Below are positions 1 to 13,304 of a stretch of 64,000 nt of DNA, piece after piece. This DNA comes from Octopus sinensis. Its lineage: Eukaryota. Position 1 is the first letter of the stretch. Each line of letters opens with the position of its first letter. The stretch is from NCBI RefSeq assembly GCF_006345805.1, contig NC_042999.1, positions 141,608,001-141,672,000 on the forward strand, read 5' to 3'. The notes below the pieces were generated by a model, which did not search any database, was not told the origin of the DNA, and worked only from the letters and a program-made list of their open reading frames with translations. The position numbers were made by a program, and so were the translations under genes.

Positions 1-107
1 ATTTCAAATGACAAGACATAACTTTTGTTGGTCTCATCTATCTTAATGGTTGAGGTGTACTTTTCTGCTAACCAAATATCATGGGCAGAAATTAAAGAGG
101 CACATCC
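1..107 (-). CDS. Probable downstream exon of the unnamed minus-strand gene; runs off the window edge
   Basis: Acceptor tgtattgatttag|GGA at 108/107. Phase-0 frame is open to the edge: GCASLISAHDIWLAEKYTSTIKIDETNKSYVLSFE. It does not join exon 2425-2519 (phase 1) directly, so intervening exons are needed or the frame differs. Confidence 0.45.
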
Positions 108-278
108 CTAAATCAATACATTTAATTAGTTTGAGAAATATTCAAGCTAGTAAATCTATTTAATCAGACTTGTAGGAGAAAAATCAATATTGGTTAATTA
201 ATTGACTATCATTTCAATGTACACTTTTATTTTCTCATTTCAAATGGTAGATATGATAACTTGCAAAAAGAATCTCCA

Positions 279-475
279 GCCCTCATGCCGGTGGCACATA
301 AAAGCACCCACTACACTCTCGGAGTGGTTGGCATTAGGAAGGGCATCCAGCTGTAGAAACTCTGTCAGATCAGATTGGAGCCTGGTGCAGCCATCTGGTT
401 TGCCAGTCCTCAGTCAAATCGTCCAACCCATGCTAGCATGGAAAGCGGACGTTAAACGATGATGATGATGATGAT
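279..475 (+). repeat. Abundant dispersed repeat with (GAT)n tail, probably a non-LTR retroelement 3' end
   Basis: Core gcattaggaagggcatccagctgtagaaac...ccatgctagcatggaaagcggacgttaaacgatgatgat. Diverged copies in both orientations near 2.6k, 10.2k, 15.2k, 22.3k, 27.7k, 28.9k, 35.0k, 36.1k, 36.6k, 40.9k, 42.2k, 51.1k, 57.8k and 59.2k. Confidence 0.7.
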
Positions 476-595
476 GTTTCACTTAGGCATAGCAATATTA
501 ATTAACCTGTTGTTAGGACTCAATATACTTATGCTTCAGAATAGAGTATTTGGCAATTACAGGGTGTAATATGAAATTAATGAAATGACAAAAGA

Positions 596-733
596 ACAGG
601 AATTATATAATCAACTTCATTAGCTTACAACTGTTTCTGCTATAATAGGCAGTACACTCAGAGCTGAGTAATTATACTTCATCTTATAGTAGAAACAGTC
701 GAAAGCTAATGAAGCTCATGATGTAATTCCTGT
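596..733. repeat. Small fold-back element with about 50-bp arms and a degenerate hammerhead-like motif
   Basis: acaggaattatataatcaacttcattagctt...aagctaatgaagctcatgatgtaattcctgt are inverted copies. Minus strand 665-622 reads AGCT CTGAGTG TAC TGC-ctattata-GCA GAAAC AGTT GTA AGCT. Confidence 0.7.
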
Positions 734-757
734 ACCCTTATCATTCCATTAATACTT

Positions 758-1073
<316 letters not shown>

Positions 1074-1182
1074 TTGCCAACTAAATGTAGTGGTCCTATA
1101 GAGGACGGTATTACTGTTGTTTATATACATATTGTACATGTTAAACAGTTAATGATCCATGAATTCATTACTGAAAGCTTAC

Positions 1183-1234
1183 ACATACACAAAATGTGGG
1201 GCAGGGTGCACATGTAAAATTGTAAGTAATGTAT
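1183..1234 (-). CDS. Candidate 52-nt exon of the unnamed gene
   Basis: Acceptor ataattcacag|ATAC and donor TGT|gtaagc. Phase 2 to 0 reading is YITYNFTCAPCPTFCVC, which would join exon 1-107. Its upstream partner is uncertain. Confidence 0.3.
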
Positions 1235-1313
1235 CTGTGAATTATTTGCTGATTACTTAATTTTAAACTCTTCATGATAAATTGAGCAGCCTTTTCTTTT
1301 GTTAGTATATATG

Positions 1314-1368
<55 letters not shown>

Positions 1369-2424
1369 TTATATATGTAGACACATACACACTTACATAT
1401 ATACATGTAGAAGTAGTAAGGATAAATAAACACAGTTAGACTTGAGACACATATGTATATGTCCCAAGCTTTACTACTACTACTACCATAGCAGCTTAAT
1501 TTAGCCACTTTTGAAGCCCTGAGCCAGGCCCTGGATGAGGAATTAAGTTCACATTCGTTTGAGCATTATTCTGTGTTACGTATACTTTGCTCTCACTCAC
1601 TCTATAAGTGTGTGTGTGTGTATGTGTGTGTGTGTGTGTGCATATATACATACATACACACATATATATATTTCAAATATTACAGTAGTATTTCAGTACA
1701 AAGTTTACCAAAAGGCACAGTAGAAGAGCCTAGAGGATAGTGTAAGAAAATATAGTGTAGGAAGTGGCATGACAACTGCTGTATACATATTAAAATAAAT
1801 AATTTTTCCCCACACATAATTCTACATCACATCACTTTTCCTGACTGTTAGAAATAGATTTTCTATGAAAAGGTCAATGACATCAATGGAGCTGATCACC
1901 CATTGAAAGATACTTCTGATGACAAAAGGTCAAGTGATTAACTCAATTTATTCAGGCCAAATAAAAAAACACTTATCATTTTTAAATGTGCACAGTGAAT
2001 AGATAAGATCTAGAAATAAAACGTAATAAAAAGACAGGACTGCCAAGTGCTCACTTCTCTTTTTATTTTGCACTATATTCAAACTTATAATCAACATATA
2101 TTAATGTATTTCTTGATTAATTTCAGCTTTAATAATTAATTAACTATATATAGTTCAATACATCCATCGATATTTTAATATGAAATAATTGTAGATTAGC
2201 CTTCATTAATTTCCTTTTAATGTTCAATAGAGCCATCAAATTACAAAGAAATACATTAGCATGACTAGCGATTTTTATACTCGTTTTCTAATTGTTACTA
2301 AAATGTATGTTAAATAAAATAATAGAATAACAATTTCGATATGTTTTGTGTCTTATTTCAATAACATATATTTGACACCAATAAGACTTGAGAAAAATAA
2401 CAGGTCGCCTAAATGAACACATAC

Positions 2425-2519
2425 CAGCAAGAAATTTGGAGTAACAACAATGCAAATCATCACCTTCAAATGAATAAACTCTATTACTTGTATTGAGCCC
2501 TTTTTTCTGCTTATACATC
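2425..2519 (-). CDS. Exon G of the unnamed gene
   Basis: tattag|G ATG TAT AAG...CTT GCT G|gtatgt; encodes MYKQKKGLNTSNRVYSFEGDDLHCCYSKFLA. Phase-2 start matches exon F. Confidence 0.75.
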
Positions 2520-3849
2520 CTAATATGTGAGTGTGTGTATGTTGTGTGTGTGTGTATGTGTGTGTGTGAAAGAGAGAGAGAGAGAGGGAGGGAGAGAGAC
2601 TAAGAGCATGTGTATATATAGTGCTAGTGGCATGAAAAAAGCACCCAATGCATGGTGTAAAATGGTTTGGATTAAGAAGGGCATTCAGCTATAGAAAAAT
2701 GCTAAAGCAAACACTGGAGCACAATGCAGTCCTTGAACCCATTGAGTCCTGTCAAACCATTCAACCCATGCCAGCATGGATTTTAAAGGATAAGGTTGAA
2801 GGCAATCTTTATCTCCAACATAACTTCAATATTGTGCTAGAACATAGAATACTACATTATTTTGCTTTTGAGGACTTCTCATATGGACTCATGGTGCATA
2901 AAAGCACTTGTATTTATATTGTTGACAGCCAAGAACCATTTGCACACACATATATAAGCTCTACCTCCCCCCCCCACCCATAACATCACCTTCTATCACT
3001 CAACTTCTCCAGTCTCTCCACTTATCATTCCACCTCTCTTCCACCACCACTACCTCTCAATCTCACAATCTTTCTCTCTCTCTCTCTCTTTCTCATATAC
3101 TCATCATCTCCCAACCCCAAAAGCTCTTCAGTGACATCTACCACTCTTACCATCACTCATCTCTATTGCTACTACACATTTATTGTTATCACACATTTTT
3201 ATGGCTTATTTTACTATACAATTTCATTACCATCAGTTAACATGCAACTATCACTGTTTCACAATGCTCTCTCTCCTACCATCCTCTCACTCATATCGTT
3301 TTTTCCACCTTCTCATACTCTCCATCCTCTTAGTCATCACTCTCTTCTGTATTCACCCATAGGGTCAGTCATGCAGAACAAAGGCAACACAATGTAGAGT
3401 AGAAAAGTCTTGCAAGGAACAAGGCAATGTCTCTTTCTTCTCTCTTACTCTTTCTCTTTCTTCTCCCTCTCTCATTCTCTGTCACTCTCTCTCCCCTCAA
3501 TGCTGGGACCAGGATAAACTGCACCCTGTACATTCAGAAACATGGTTGATGAACAAATGGAGACAATATAAAACTGAGAGGACTGCTTAGTCTTGGTAAG
3601 ATATGACAACCTCACCAGAGGTGGTGCCATTATCAAATGCACTCCATACATCCTGTAAAGTGGTCAGTATTATGAACAACATCCAGCAATAGAAAACAAT
3701 ACCAAAATGGAGACAAACAAGCAAAACACTATTCTCAGACGCATCTAGAAGGGCAATAACTCTAAATAAGAGGCTAACATGCCAGCATGGAAAGCAAATG
3801 CAGCAACATGATAATGGTTTTGGTGGTGATGGTGGCAATTATATATGTC

Positions 3850-4260
3850 AATAGTGCTTGTGCATGAGTTTATTACACCTGCATTCTGCTTCTCTTGGAT
3901 TCAAGTCCACAGTTTCCATGCTCGTCTTACTCAACCAGGCATTGGAAAGTCCCTGCAGTGGCAATTGCACAACCTAAAATTTTAGGTTCAGTAATGCTTG
4001 CACAACACCTCACAGACTCTCTCCACCCTACTGACATGATCCAGACAAGCCAGTACCAATATGGGTCACAGGCTCAAGAATGTGGGAGTGCCATGATTTC
4101 AAATGCAAGCAAAAGATCCCTAAAATGTTCAATGTCATTCCCAGCATATCTGGTTTTATACTAGAGTAACCTTCTTCCAGAGACATACTTTAGCAAAAGC
4201 TGATGAGTGCCCCAGGCACAGTGGTCTCCCAGCATGCCAGATACCAAATATCTGAGGGCC
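3850..4260 (-). mobile_element. Highly degenerate LINE-like ORF2 remnant, possibly L1/Tx1-like
   Basis: Broken frames with LEPVTHIG...TSMETVDLNPREAECR resemble the RT region of Tx1-type elements by recall only; many stops. Confidence 0.25.
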
Positions 4261-4306
4261 CGTGCTATTGTTATATAATTGCTGAACTTACACTAGGTCT
4301 ATCTGT

Positions 4307-4365
<59 letters not shown>

Positions 4366-4424
4366 TCTGTAAACATAAACCCGAAAAAAGAAGCACACTC
4401 TAAGTTATGGAGCAGTATATGTTC

Positions 4425-4555
4425 AAGTTAGATAAGGCCACTCGCTAGAGAGGTCTTTAGCCAGCAGGTTTTGGGATCTGATGATATGCCATAAAGCTAA
4501 ACCCTTTAGGGATGTGAAACCTAAAGTAATCCCATAAACCGGCCTTATCTAACTT
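4425..4555. mobile_element. MITE with 15-bp terminal inverted repeats
   Basis: AAGTTAGATAAGGCC (4425-4439) and GGCCTTATCTAACTT (4541-4555). A second partial copy lies at about 51742-51846. Confidence 0.7.
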
Positions 4556-4772
4556 TAATTGCACACACACACACACAACAGTTCTCCACAGTTTCCATCA
4601 ACTAAATTCCATTCACAACATATTTGTCAACTTTCAAAAAAAAGATAATTATCTGAAATGTCTCACAGTGTGTTTGAACCCAGAATCACATGATAAAGAT
4701 GTGAACTCTTTGACCACACTACTTGTATGGATGTATTTATATTTAACTGCAATGTATTTTCAATGAGCAGTA

Positions 4773-5000
4773 TTAACTCCTTTGTTACCAACCCAGCTGA
4801 AACCAGCTCTGGCTCTGAGTACAAATGTCTTGTTTTCATAAGTTTTTAATTAAAATTTTCCACCAATCCTTAGTCACAATTTATGTTCCTAACACTAGCT
4901 GAATGATAACCAAGTTATTTTACTAAATTCTTTGTTATATTTAAAGTAATCGAAAGAAATACAGAGTATCTCAAAATAGATATAGTAACAAAAGGGTTAA
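4773..5000. mobile_element. piggyBac-like MITE
   Basis: TTAA at both ends; ttaactcctttgttac and gtaacaaaagggttaa are inverted repeats (TTAA plus CCC-type end). Confidence 0.65.
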
Positions 5001-5408
5001 TAAAGAAAACTGAATGACACAAACGTTGACATGAATTGTGACTGGGTTTGGACTGGAAATGGGTTTGTAAGAGTTGTATGTTGTTGGGTTGTGTTATTAG
5101 TCTTAGAAGTTGAAGAACTTGAGTTGTCAAAGTAAATATAAGCAACTGGAAATTTTTAGCCCACATTCTTATACCACTGATTTTATCATTGGTTCTATGA
5201 ATACAAATCTCAATGGTTTATGAACACTAGGATGTGTGCAGGACATCAAATATCTTTCAACACACAGTGAAGGCTGTTAGTTATGTCATAGTAAATGATT
5301 ACTGATGTGTTGAGTAATGAGACTTATTTACAGTACAGTCTATAATTCACTTAATCACTTGTTAATTCTTCTGATTTACTATTAATTCAATATATTGTTT
5401 AGGTATAA

Positions 5409-5615
5409 GGTGGCAAGCTGGCTGACTCATTAGCACACCAGACCAAATGCTTAGTGATATTTCCTCCATCTTTACTTTCTGAGTTCAAATTCCACCAAGG
5501 TCGACTTTACTTCACATTCTTTTGGGGTCTTTAAAATAAGCACCAGTCGACCACTGGGATGGATGTAATCGACTTATTCCCGCCTGCAAAACTGCTGGCT
5601 TGAGCTAAAATTTAA
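5409..5615 (+). mobile_element. tRNA-derived SINE copy
   Basis: Same family as 8257-8455; B-box-like GAGTTCAAATTC followed by the gtcgactt...catcctttcggggtc body. Confidence 0.65.
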
Positions 5616-8256
5616 AGTCAGTATATTGCCTAGGTGCAAATGAGCATATTATTCTGAGTGTGAGATAAGCCATCAATAACAGCATTCTTTGTTAATTTAA
5701 TGTTCTGGGTCTCAGAGTTAAACTGTTGGCAGTAGACTTTGTATGTTGGTTATTTGCTGATGGGAAAGTAGTGCATAAAACAGGAATTTATGCTCAGTGT
5801 GCTCTATAAAATTTTTTCCTTTCAATATGTAATAAAAAATATCATAAGGCAACATAAAAGCACCAATTGTGAATATAGCAGCAACTGAAATTTATCATGC
5901 TGATTAAACTTTTGTAATTGTTATTTTGACTGTAACTTTGACAGGAAGTGGTGAAATTTTGTGAAGGTCATACAGTGTTCAAGGAATATGAAATACTAGA
6001 CATAAAAATTAAAAAATGTTTTATAGTGTTTGTAGCAAATTGGCATTTTTCTAATCATTGAAAAACTGTTGCAAGATGTTGAAGGGTTAGTCCTCCTCTG
6101 CCTCCTCAGCATTGTCATGTGATTTATTGTTTGAAAAGTGATTTTTGTTTCATGGTTACTTGGGCAACGAGATTGAATACAGAAAATGTTTCAAATGGGA
6201 AAGCATTTGTGGATCCCTATTTCTTGAATTGGGGTAGCTATAAAAATCTCATATTTAAGGGCTCATAAGCTTATCTTGATGAAATCAGCTGTAGACTTGA
6301 GATTTGCATTTCAATATACCTCACAAGGATGATTATAAGCTTTGGAAGAATGAGACTCTTAGTAGATTAGGTGGTCTTCAGTTCATGCTCAATTTATCTT
6401 AGATATTTTTTATCAACAGAATCTAATTCTATGAGATGTCATATGTATCAGTCACCCAGGTCTTCTACTTGGACCAGCTGTTGATAGCACTGTCTATCAG
6501 ATAATTTGATCTTGTTCAGTAGATCTTTCTTCAGTCATAGAAATTTCATGTCAATGGATTAAATATCAGAATCAGAATTCTTCTTACTGTGTCCAGAGAG
6601 TGGTGGTAAAGGGATTTCTGAGGTTATTATGTAAATGCATTCAGAATTTTATCAGGTTGAATAATGTTCCAGGAGTTAAAGTTGGGTAAGTTATTTTTAT
6701 TTTTATTTTTTAAAAAAGCTTTTTGGTTTAGTCTAGAAGAAAAAGCTGTGCCTATGGTTTAAAAGTTCTTTCTAGATCTGTGAGATCAATGAGGTTAAAG
6801 TTTGAACTTTTAATAATATTTAATGCAAAGAATGATTCTAGTACTATTTTCAGAAGACAGGTTGAATGTTATTGAATGGTTCATTGACTTCTTTTGGAAG
6901 ATTTGGCAGTAATGGATTTTGCTAAGTTTAAAAATGCTTGCAACAAACTTGGGATTAATGGGTTTGATAAATTTAATAGTTGTCTTTGAAGAATTTAGAG
7001 TTAATGATGTGTTAAATTTAAATTCAACTTTACTAACTATGCTGTTACATATATACATACACAAATACAGATATACCCAAGCTCACACACATGTCCTTGT
7101 GTTTAAGAAATGACAACATATACATGAATTGAGAGACAAGGTTGGTGAAAAAGGAATCAAATGTAATGTGACAGAAAAGATTGTGCTGGTATGGGCACAT
7201 GACACAAATGAAGCATGACAGCAGCACAAGAAAAGATACAAAATGAAGTGCATCTGTGGAAGAGTGAGATCAAGAAAGACTTGGGATGGGATGGTGAAAA
7301 ATGATCTCATGACATTACACTATCATTGTAACATCACAGATGACAGTATCACTGTAGCATGGTAACTGACAAAATCACTGTAGCATGATAAATGACAATA
7401 TGACTGTAACATGACAAATGATGGTATCACTGCAACATGACAGCTGACAATATCACTGTATAGAGACAGCTGGCACTTTTTTCAGCCTTAACACCAACAC
7501 AGCCACAAGTTTTGCTGAATCCTCAGCTCTTGACTCTACTATGAACATTCCACCTGTTTAATAATTATCTTAATCCACTTCCTCTATAACTTAAGCCAAC
7601 TCTGCTATCACCAACACCAACACAGCTGAAACTAAAACAAGTATCAATCACAATACAAAGATGAAATATAACAAAAGTCAAGAGTAACCAGAACAAGTCC
7701 AATAATAACTATAGATCCATATCAGATAGATTTTCTGCTGGATAATAATTTAGTTAATTTGCTGAGACACTGACTCACTTTAGTTTCCATTTAAGCAGGA
7801 ACTGGAAATATATGACAAATGATTCTCATCAGTAAATGATTTCTTATGGACTCATTTACTGTCCTAATGGAAACAAGTTCTAAGGGAAAACATCTTTAAA
7901 AAGTGAGATGATTGGAAGTCTAATTTGCATGCTGACATTTCTTCTTCCAATAAATATGCAATTCAATTGTTTTGCTTCACTTTTCATATTTTGTGGAATA
8001 GTTGTTAAGCTACTTTCCATTTGTTAAGATATATTGTAGTTGAATGTCCTGTGTTAGCTTCTAGACAATTATGAAGAACACCATTTTTCCAAAAGGATTT
8101 TCAACATGAAGTCAATAGGGAATTTTGCAATTGTTTCATTTGCAACAGTTCTACCATATAGGTGAATTTCCAGTTTGGGATAAACTTTAGCAGCTGAATT
8201 CACCAAAAACTTTCTTCTGTTGAATGATATGGCAGTTGGTTGCAGCAAATGCTAAA

Positions 8257-8455
8257 GGCAGTGAGCTGGCATAAACGTTAGCACGCTGGGCGAAATACTT
8301 AGCGGTATTTTGTCTGCCACTATGTTCTGAGTTCAAATTCTGCCGAGGTCGACTTTGCTTTTCATCCTTTCGGGGTCAATAAATTAAGTACCAGTTTGTC
8401 TATCCTAGTTTGTCCCCTCTGTGTGTAGCACCTTGTGGGCAGTAAAGAAATAAGA
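8257..8455 (+). mobile_element. tRNA-derived SINE, best-preserved copy
   Basis: ggcagtgagctggcataaacgttagcacgctggg head, GAGTTCAAATTC B box, gtcgactttgcttttcatcctttcggggtcaataaattaagtacc body. Other copies at 8778-8975 and about 9105-9240. Confidence 0.7.
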
Positions 8456-10557
8456 ATTGTCTTTCTTGCCAATGAAACCTTCATGACCTCCAAAGAGATG
8501 ATAGCTAAAAGAAAACTAATACTCTTAAATGTATTTTATGTAATATCAATGTGAACAGCAGATATGATGTTGAACAACAGTTCTGTTTTAGGTGTCACTT
8601 CTGGGCTGGAACAAGATGATTTTCCTACACCAAAATTAGTTTAGATTTTGAAGATATTCTGATCATGCTTAAGAGATATCCCCACTTTTGTTCTTGCTTT
8701 TTGGAGATTCTAGTTACACATATATTTATTTATAAATATTTTCAAGTCATTTTTAGATCATCAATATTTTTCACATAGGTGATGAGCTGGTGGAATCATT
8801 AGCACACTGGGGAAAATACTTAGCAGCATTTTGTCTGTCTTTATGTTCAGAGTTCAAATACTGCCAAGATTAACTTTACCTTTCATCCTTTTGGGTTAGA
8901 TAAAATAAATGCCAGTTGAAAACTGAGGTCCATGTAATTGACTTACCACTCTCCTGAACTTGCTGGACTTGTGCCAAATCGGAAACCAATATTTTATACA
9001 AATGATAATGTCACATTGCTTTTCTGTGTCTGCTTGCTTGTGTATTTCATTATCTCATGTAAAGCTTTTTTGTATTATTTTCCCTTGTGACATACAAGAT
9101 ATTGGCCATGAGAGCACCAGACAAAACCTTGCATTATTCAGCTACATTCTGAGTTCGAATCCTGCTGGGATTAGTTTTGTCTTTCATTCCTTCAGAATTC
9201 AATATAATAAGTATCAGTTATATACTGAGTGTCAGTTAAATGGTTTATATCCATTCACAACAAACTTTGTAACATTGTTAGGAATTGTTGTTGTTGTTGT
9301 TGTTGTCATTGTCTTTTTATTACTGTTGTTACTGCTGCTATTCTTGTTGTTATCGTTGAATAAATAAAAATAATTAGCTTTCATAAATGCTTGCATGTGG
9401 AGATGATGTTGGATTATAAAAGAAAAACACACACACATACACAAACACACACACAAACACCCACACACATACACATACAAACATACACACACACACACAC
9501 ATACATACACTCATACACAAATACATGAATACAAACAAACGCATACATATATGTGCACATATGCACATAAATTTAAAAGTACCAACATCTACACTCACAG
9601 ACTCATACATTCTCACAAGCATCCTTGTACACACAAACACACACTCATACAGACATAAACATATACATGTACATATATACATATGCACACATGTATGTCT
9701 TCCTTTGATAAAATCTGAAAAGGTCTTGTTTATGAATGTATACGATATGGGCAGCAAGAGAAACAGAATGCCTCTTGTTAGGTAGTTAGTTGCCATAGAA
9801 ATTTGACATTAGCAACTCCAGTGACAGAAAGATGGTGATGGAAGGAGGCTTTGTGCTTTATTACAAAACACTGGTGATTTCTTCTTAACAATAAAATGCT
9901 TAACAATCAGTAATATTAAAATAATTCTTTTGGCAACCATGGAGCAAGCAGATAACTTCTGAGGAAACTGAGATGTTTGTGTGCTGGTTTCAATTCCCAG
10001 TGATAGCAATTTGTTTCACTTCATTGATGTCTGTAAGTACTGCATGAACATCATATTGTATCTCTTTTATCTATTTTCTTCCTCTTTCCTAAAAGATGTT
10101 AGGTTTCATGTCTTAGAGAAGACAACATGATAAGCTATTTCAGTCTAGTCTGTTGGTGGTGGTACCAGATAAAAAGTACTCAGTACACTCTTTAAAGTAA
10201 CTGGCATTAGGAAGGGCATCCAGCCATAGAAACCATGCCAGGACAGACAATGGAGCCTGGTGCAGCCCCTGGCCTAGCCAGTTCCTGTGAAACTGTCCAT
10301 CCTATGCCAGCATGGAAAATAGACGTTAAATGGTGGTGGTGGTGGTGGTGGTGGTAGTGGTGGCGGCGGCGGTGGTGGTAACAGTGGCGGTGGTGACAGT
10401 GGTGGTGGTATTGGTGATGATATGAACTGTCATCACAGAGATAAATACACTAAGGCAAGAGTTACAAGAAACTATGAAAGGAAACCTCACAAACGTAATA
10501 CTTAGAACCAATTGCTACACTTTTTCATATTTGGCAATACTACAATACAGGACTTAC

Positions 10558-10637
10558 TCCACTATCTTTATGAGAGTGTCTTTCTGAGCTATACTTATGG
10601 CTATAATTAAGCTCAGGACTTCACTTTTGCCACTGTC
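10558..10637 (-). CDS. Exon F of the unnamed gene
   Basis: tttccctttgtag|GAC AGT...GTG GA|gtaagt. Only one frame is open: DSGKSEVLSLIIAISIAQKDTLIKIV. Phase 0 in, phase 2 out, matching both neighbours. Confidence 0.8.
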
Positions 10638-11789
10638 CTACAAAGGGAAATACAAACATCAAAATATCTCATTCTACTCCTCTCCATTGTCAATCTGAAA
10701 ATGATTAACATCTATTTAAAAAGTCAATATATTTTATTAGCCATAGACAAGAATTAGAAACCCAAGTATATAAAAACTACCCAGTGGGTAAATTACTAGT
10801 TCGATTCCTGGTCATAGAAATCTTTTGTTTCGTACCACTTAAGTTTAGTGGAAAGATATGGTTATCCCATTTTTCTATTGTCTAAAAATTCAAAGGTCTT
10901 GCAACTGATTAAAGCAAAAAAAAAAATCTTTTGATAAATTGTTTTCATTATTTTGATTCTGAAATATAGTTATTTCTTTTCATTGGAATGATGAAAATCC
11001 TTGAGAAAGTGTCAGCTTCACAATGTTCCATCCTCTTCATATACAAGACTGTGGCTTTATGCCTTTTAAGAAATCAATATACTTAGACAAGAGAAACTAG
11101 AGACAAGTAAATTATGTACCTGTAATCAATAATTTCTAGACAATTAATGGCATCTTACATAGTTTTTTGTGTTTAACCCTAAATTTCCATTAGATCAATC
11201 TCTGTTTTTGAGATATCATTGGGATTTAACTCAATTTTCAATAAACCTTGCTTATAGTCAAAATACATCTTTAATGTTGTTCTTCAGGCAAACAAATGCT
11301 ATAAAGCAAAGAGACAAGCTTCTGGCAATCTGAACTAGTGATTCAGTTTCAATTCCTATGTGAAATCAATTCAATTTGCTTTTTCCACTAATTGTATCAT
11401 CAGAGAAAAACATGAATATTACACAATGTTATGCTATTTCACTATAAATTATGACTCTGCACTTGAGTAAGAAATCAATATCAAATTATGATACTTAAGT
11501 AATGTAATTCTTTAATAAAAATAAACTGCCCTACAGTATTCAATTTCACATCTTTCCACAATTTCCACACTCAGCAAATGATTTATTCTGAAAGCAGCAT
11601 AGAGCAAATGAATAAATTAACTTTATATTAAGATATATATTTAGTCTTGCTTTGAACTAATTTTACAGAGCTCATCAAGAGAACATGAGGGTCTGACAAA
11701 TAAGGGATCATATTATAAACATAATTGGGTCTCATTTAGCTTCTGTCAGAACCTTGTATAACTCTAGGCAGATTTTATATATCTGAATT

Positions 11790-12335
11790 TAATCGTCTGA
11801 GGGTGTATGTGTACACACACACACATATACATACATACCCATATACATACATACGTACATACATACGTTTGTGTGTACATGCATACATACGTATATACGT
11901 ATGCATGTATGTACTTATGTATGCATGCATACATGTGTGTGTGTATGTATGTATAAATAGACAGACAGACAGGCAAATATACAAATAGATGTAGATACAT
12001 ACATACATACATTCATACATACATACATATGAAGATACATAGATACATACATACATACATGCATACATACATTCGTACATACATACATACATACGTATGT
12101 ATGTATGTATGTACTTATGTATGCATGCATGCATACATGTGTGTGTGAGAAAGAGTATGTGTATGTATGTATAAATAGACAGACAGACAGGCAAATATAC
12201 AGATAGATGTAGATATATACATACATGCATACATACATACGGACATACATACATACATACATATGTACATACGTACATACGTACATACATACATACATAC
12301 ATACATATATAAATGCATACACACAGACATGCACA
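11790..12335. repeat. (TACA)n-based compound microsatellite with a duplicated higher-order unit
   Basis: The unique core ataaatagacagacagacaggcaaatatac occurs twice, near 11952 and 12170. Confidence 0.85.
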
Positions 12336-13304
12336 AGGGTGTATTATTCATAATATATATTCTTATACTTAATTAACTCATTTGAATTATCAGCCATTAC
12401 ATAATTCTTTTTCTACACTTATTGTCCAATTAACGTCACCAGATGAATAATCATCAATTTTTACATGGACATGTAGACAATCTAATTAACAATTTTTTAT
12501 TGTTTCTGAATACATAGAAGCTAAATAAGATATAACTAAGTTAAGATCTCAGTCCTTTCATTGTCAGGCCAACATGTTCTCTCAGGAAATTACAATGTAA
12601 AAATTATTTAAGAGTAAGCTGAAATTTATATTCATATATAGAAAGATTTGCAAAAATGCTGGAATAAGAAACAAACACTGAATAGGAGCAGCAGTAGTGG
12701 CAGCAGTAGCAGTAGCAAAACACCATCAACCACTAACCACCCCAATCTTGTTATTTATGTATTCTTTCATTTATTTATCTATGTATTTAGGGTGTCAACA
12801 GTAAACTATAAGCATTGTAAGTTCTGAAGCAGATATCATGTTTAGACTTAAGGAAACACTTCACCTCAGGTTATAAATTATCTCCACTTAATATTTTGAC
12901 TTCTTCCACAGCTTACATATTTACAGACAAAAAACATAAGCACATACACATGAGCATGCAGGAACATGCATGCAAACATGCACGTGTGTACACACACACA
13001 CACCACACACACACACACAAGCACACACATACAGACAGCACATACACACAAAGAGAAACAAACAGTTCTTCCACAAAATATGAACACAAAAAAATCATAC
13101 TTAAAATATAGCATACTTACAATGCATATACATAGATGTATGTATGTATATGTATGTATATAACTATATATATATATGTGTGTGTGCGTGAAGAAGTGCC
13201 ACTCCCAAACAGTTGAAGGAATCCAGGGTGAGGTAGACTCAGGAAGACATAGGATGAGGTGGTCAAGCATGACCATCAAACAGTGGGCCTCACAAAGACA
13301 AAAG

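Noticed and set aside
2185-2205. GAAATAATTGTA resembling a hammerhead 3' half
   Set aside because: No upstream CUGANGA was found.
5000-8750. Long non-repetitive-looking stretches with short open frames (also 9.8-10k, 14.5-14.8k, 28-30k and 37-38k)
   Set aside because: Frequent stops, no coherent splice chain and faint LINE-like motifs; most likely ancient retroelement debris that I cannot classify.
2425-10637. Resemblance of KDTLIKIVEMYKQKKGL...FEGDDL to a SUMO-like domain (NFATC2IP type)
   Set aside because: The following TP..L.MEDGD motif is absent and the similarity is too short; no gene symbol was assigned.
10785-10825. GTTCGATTCC T-loop-like motif
   Set aside because: No cloverleaf or A box nearby.
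11159-11298. Exon-like segment with good minus-strand splice sites
   Set aside because: All three frames contain stops; at most a pseudo- or poison exon.
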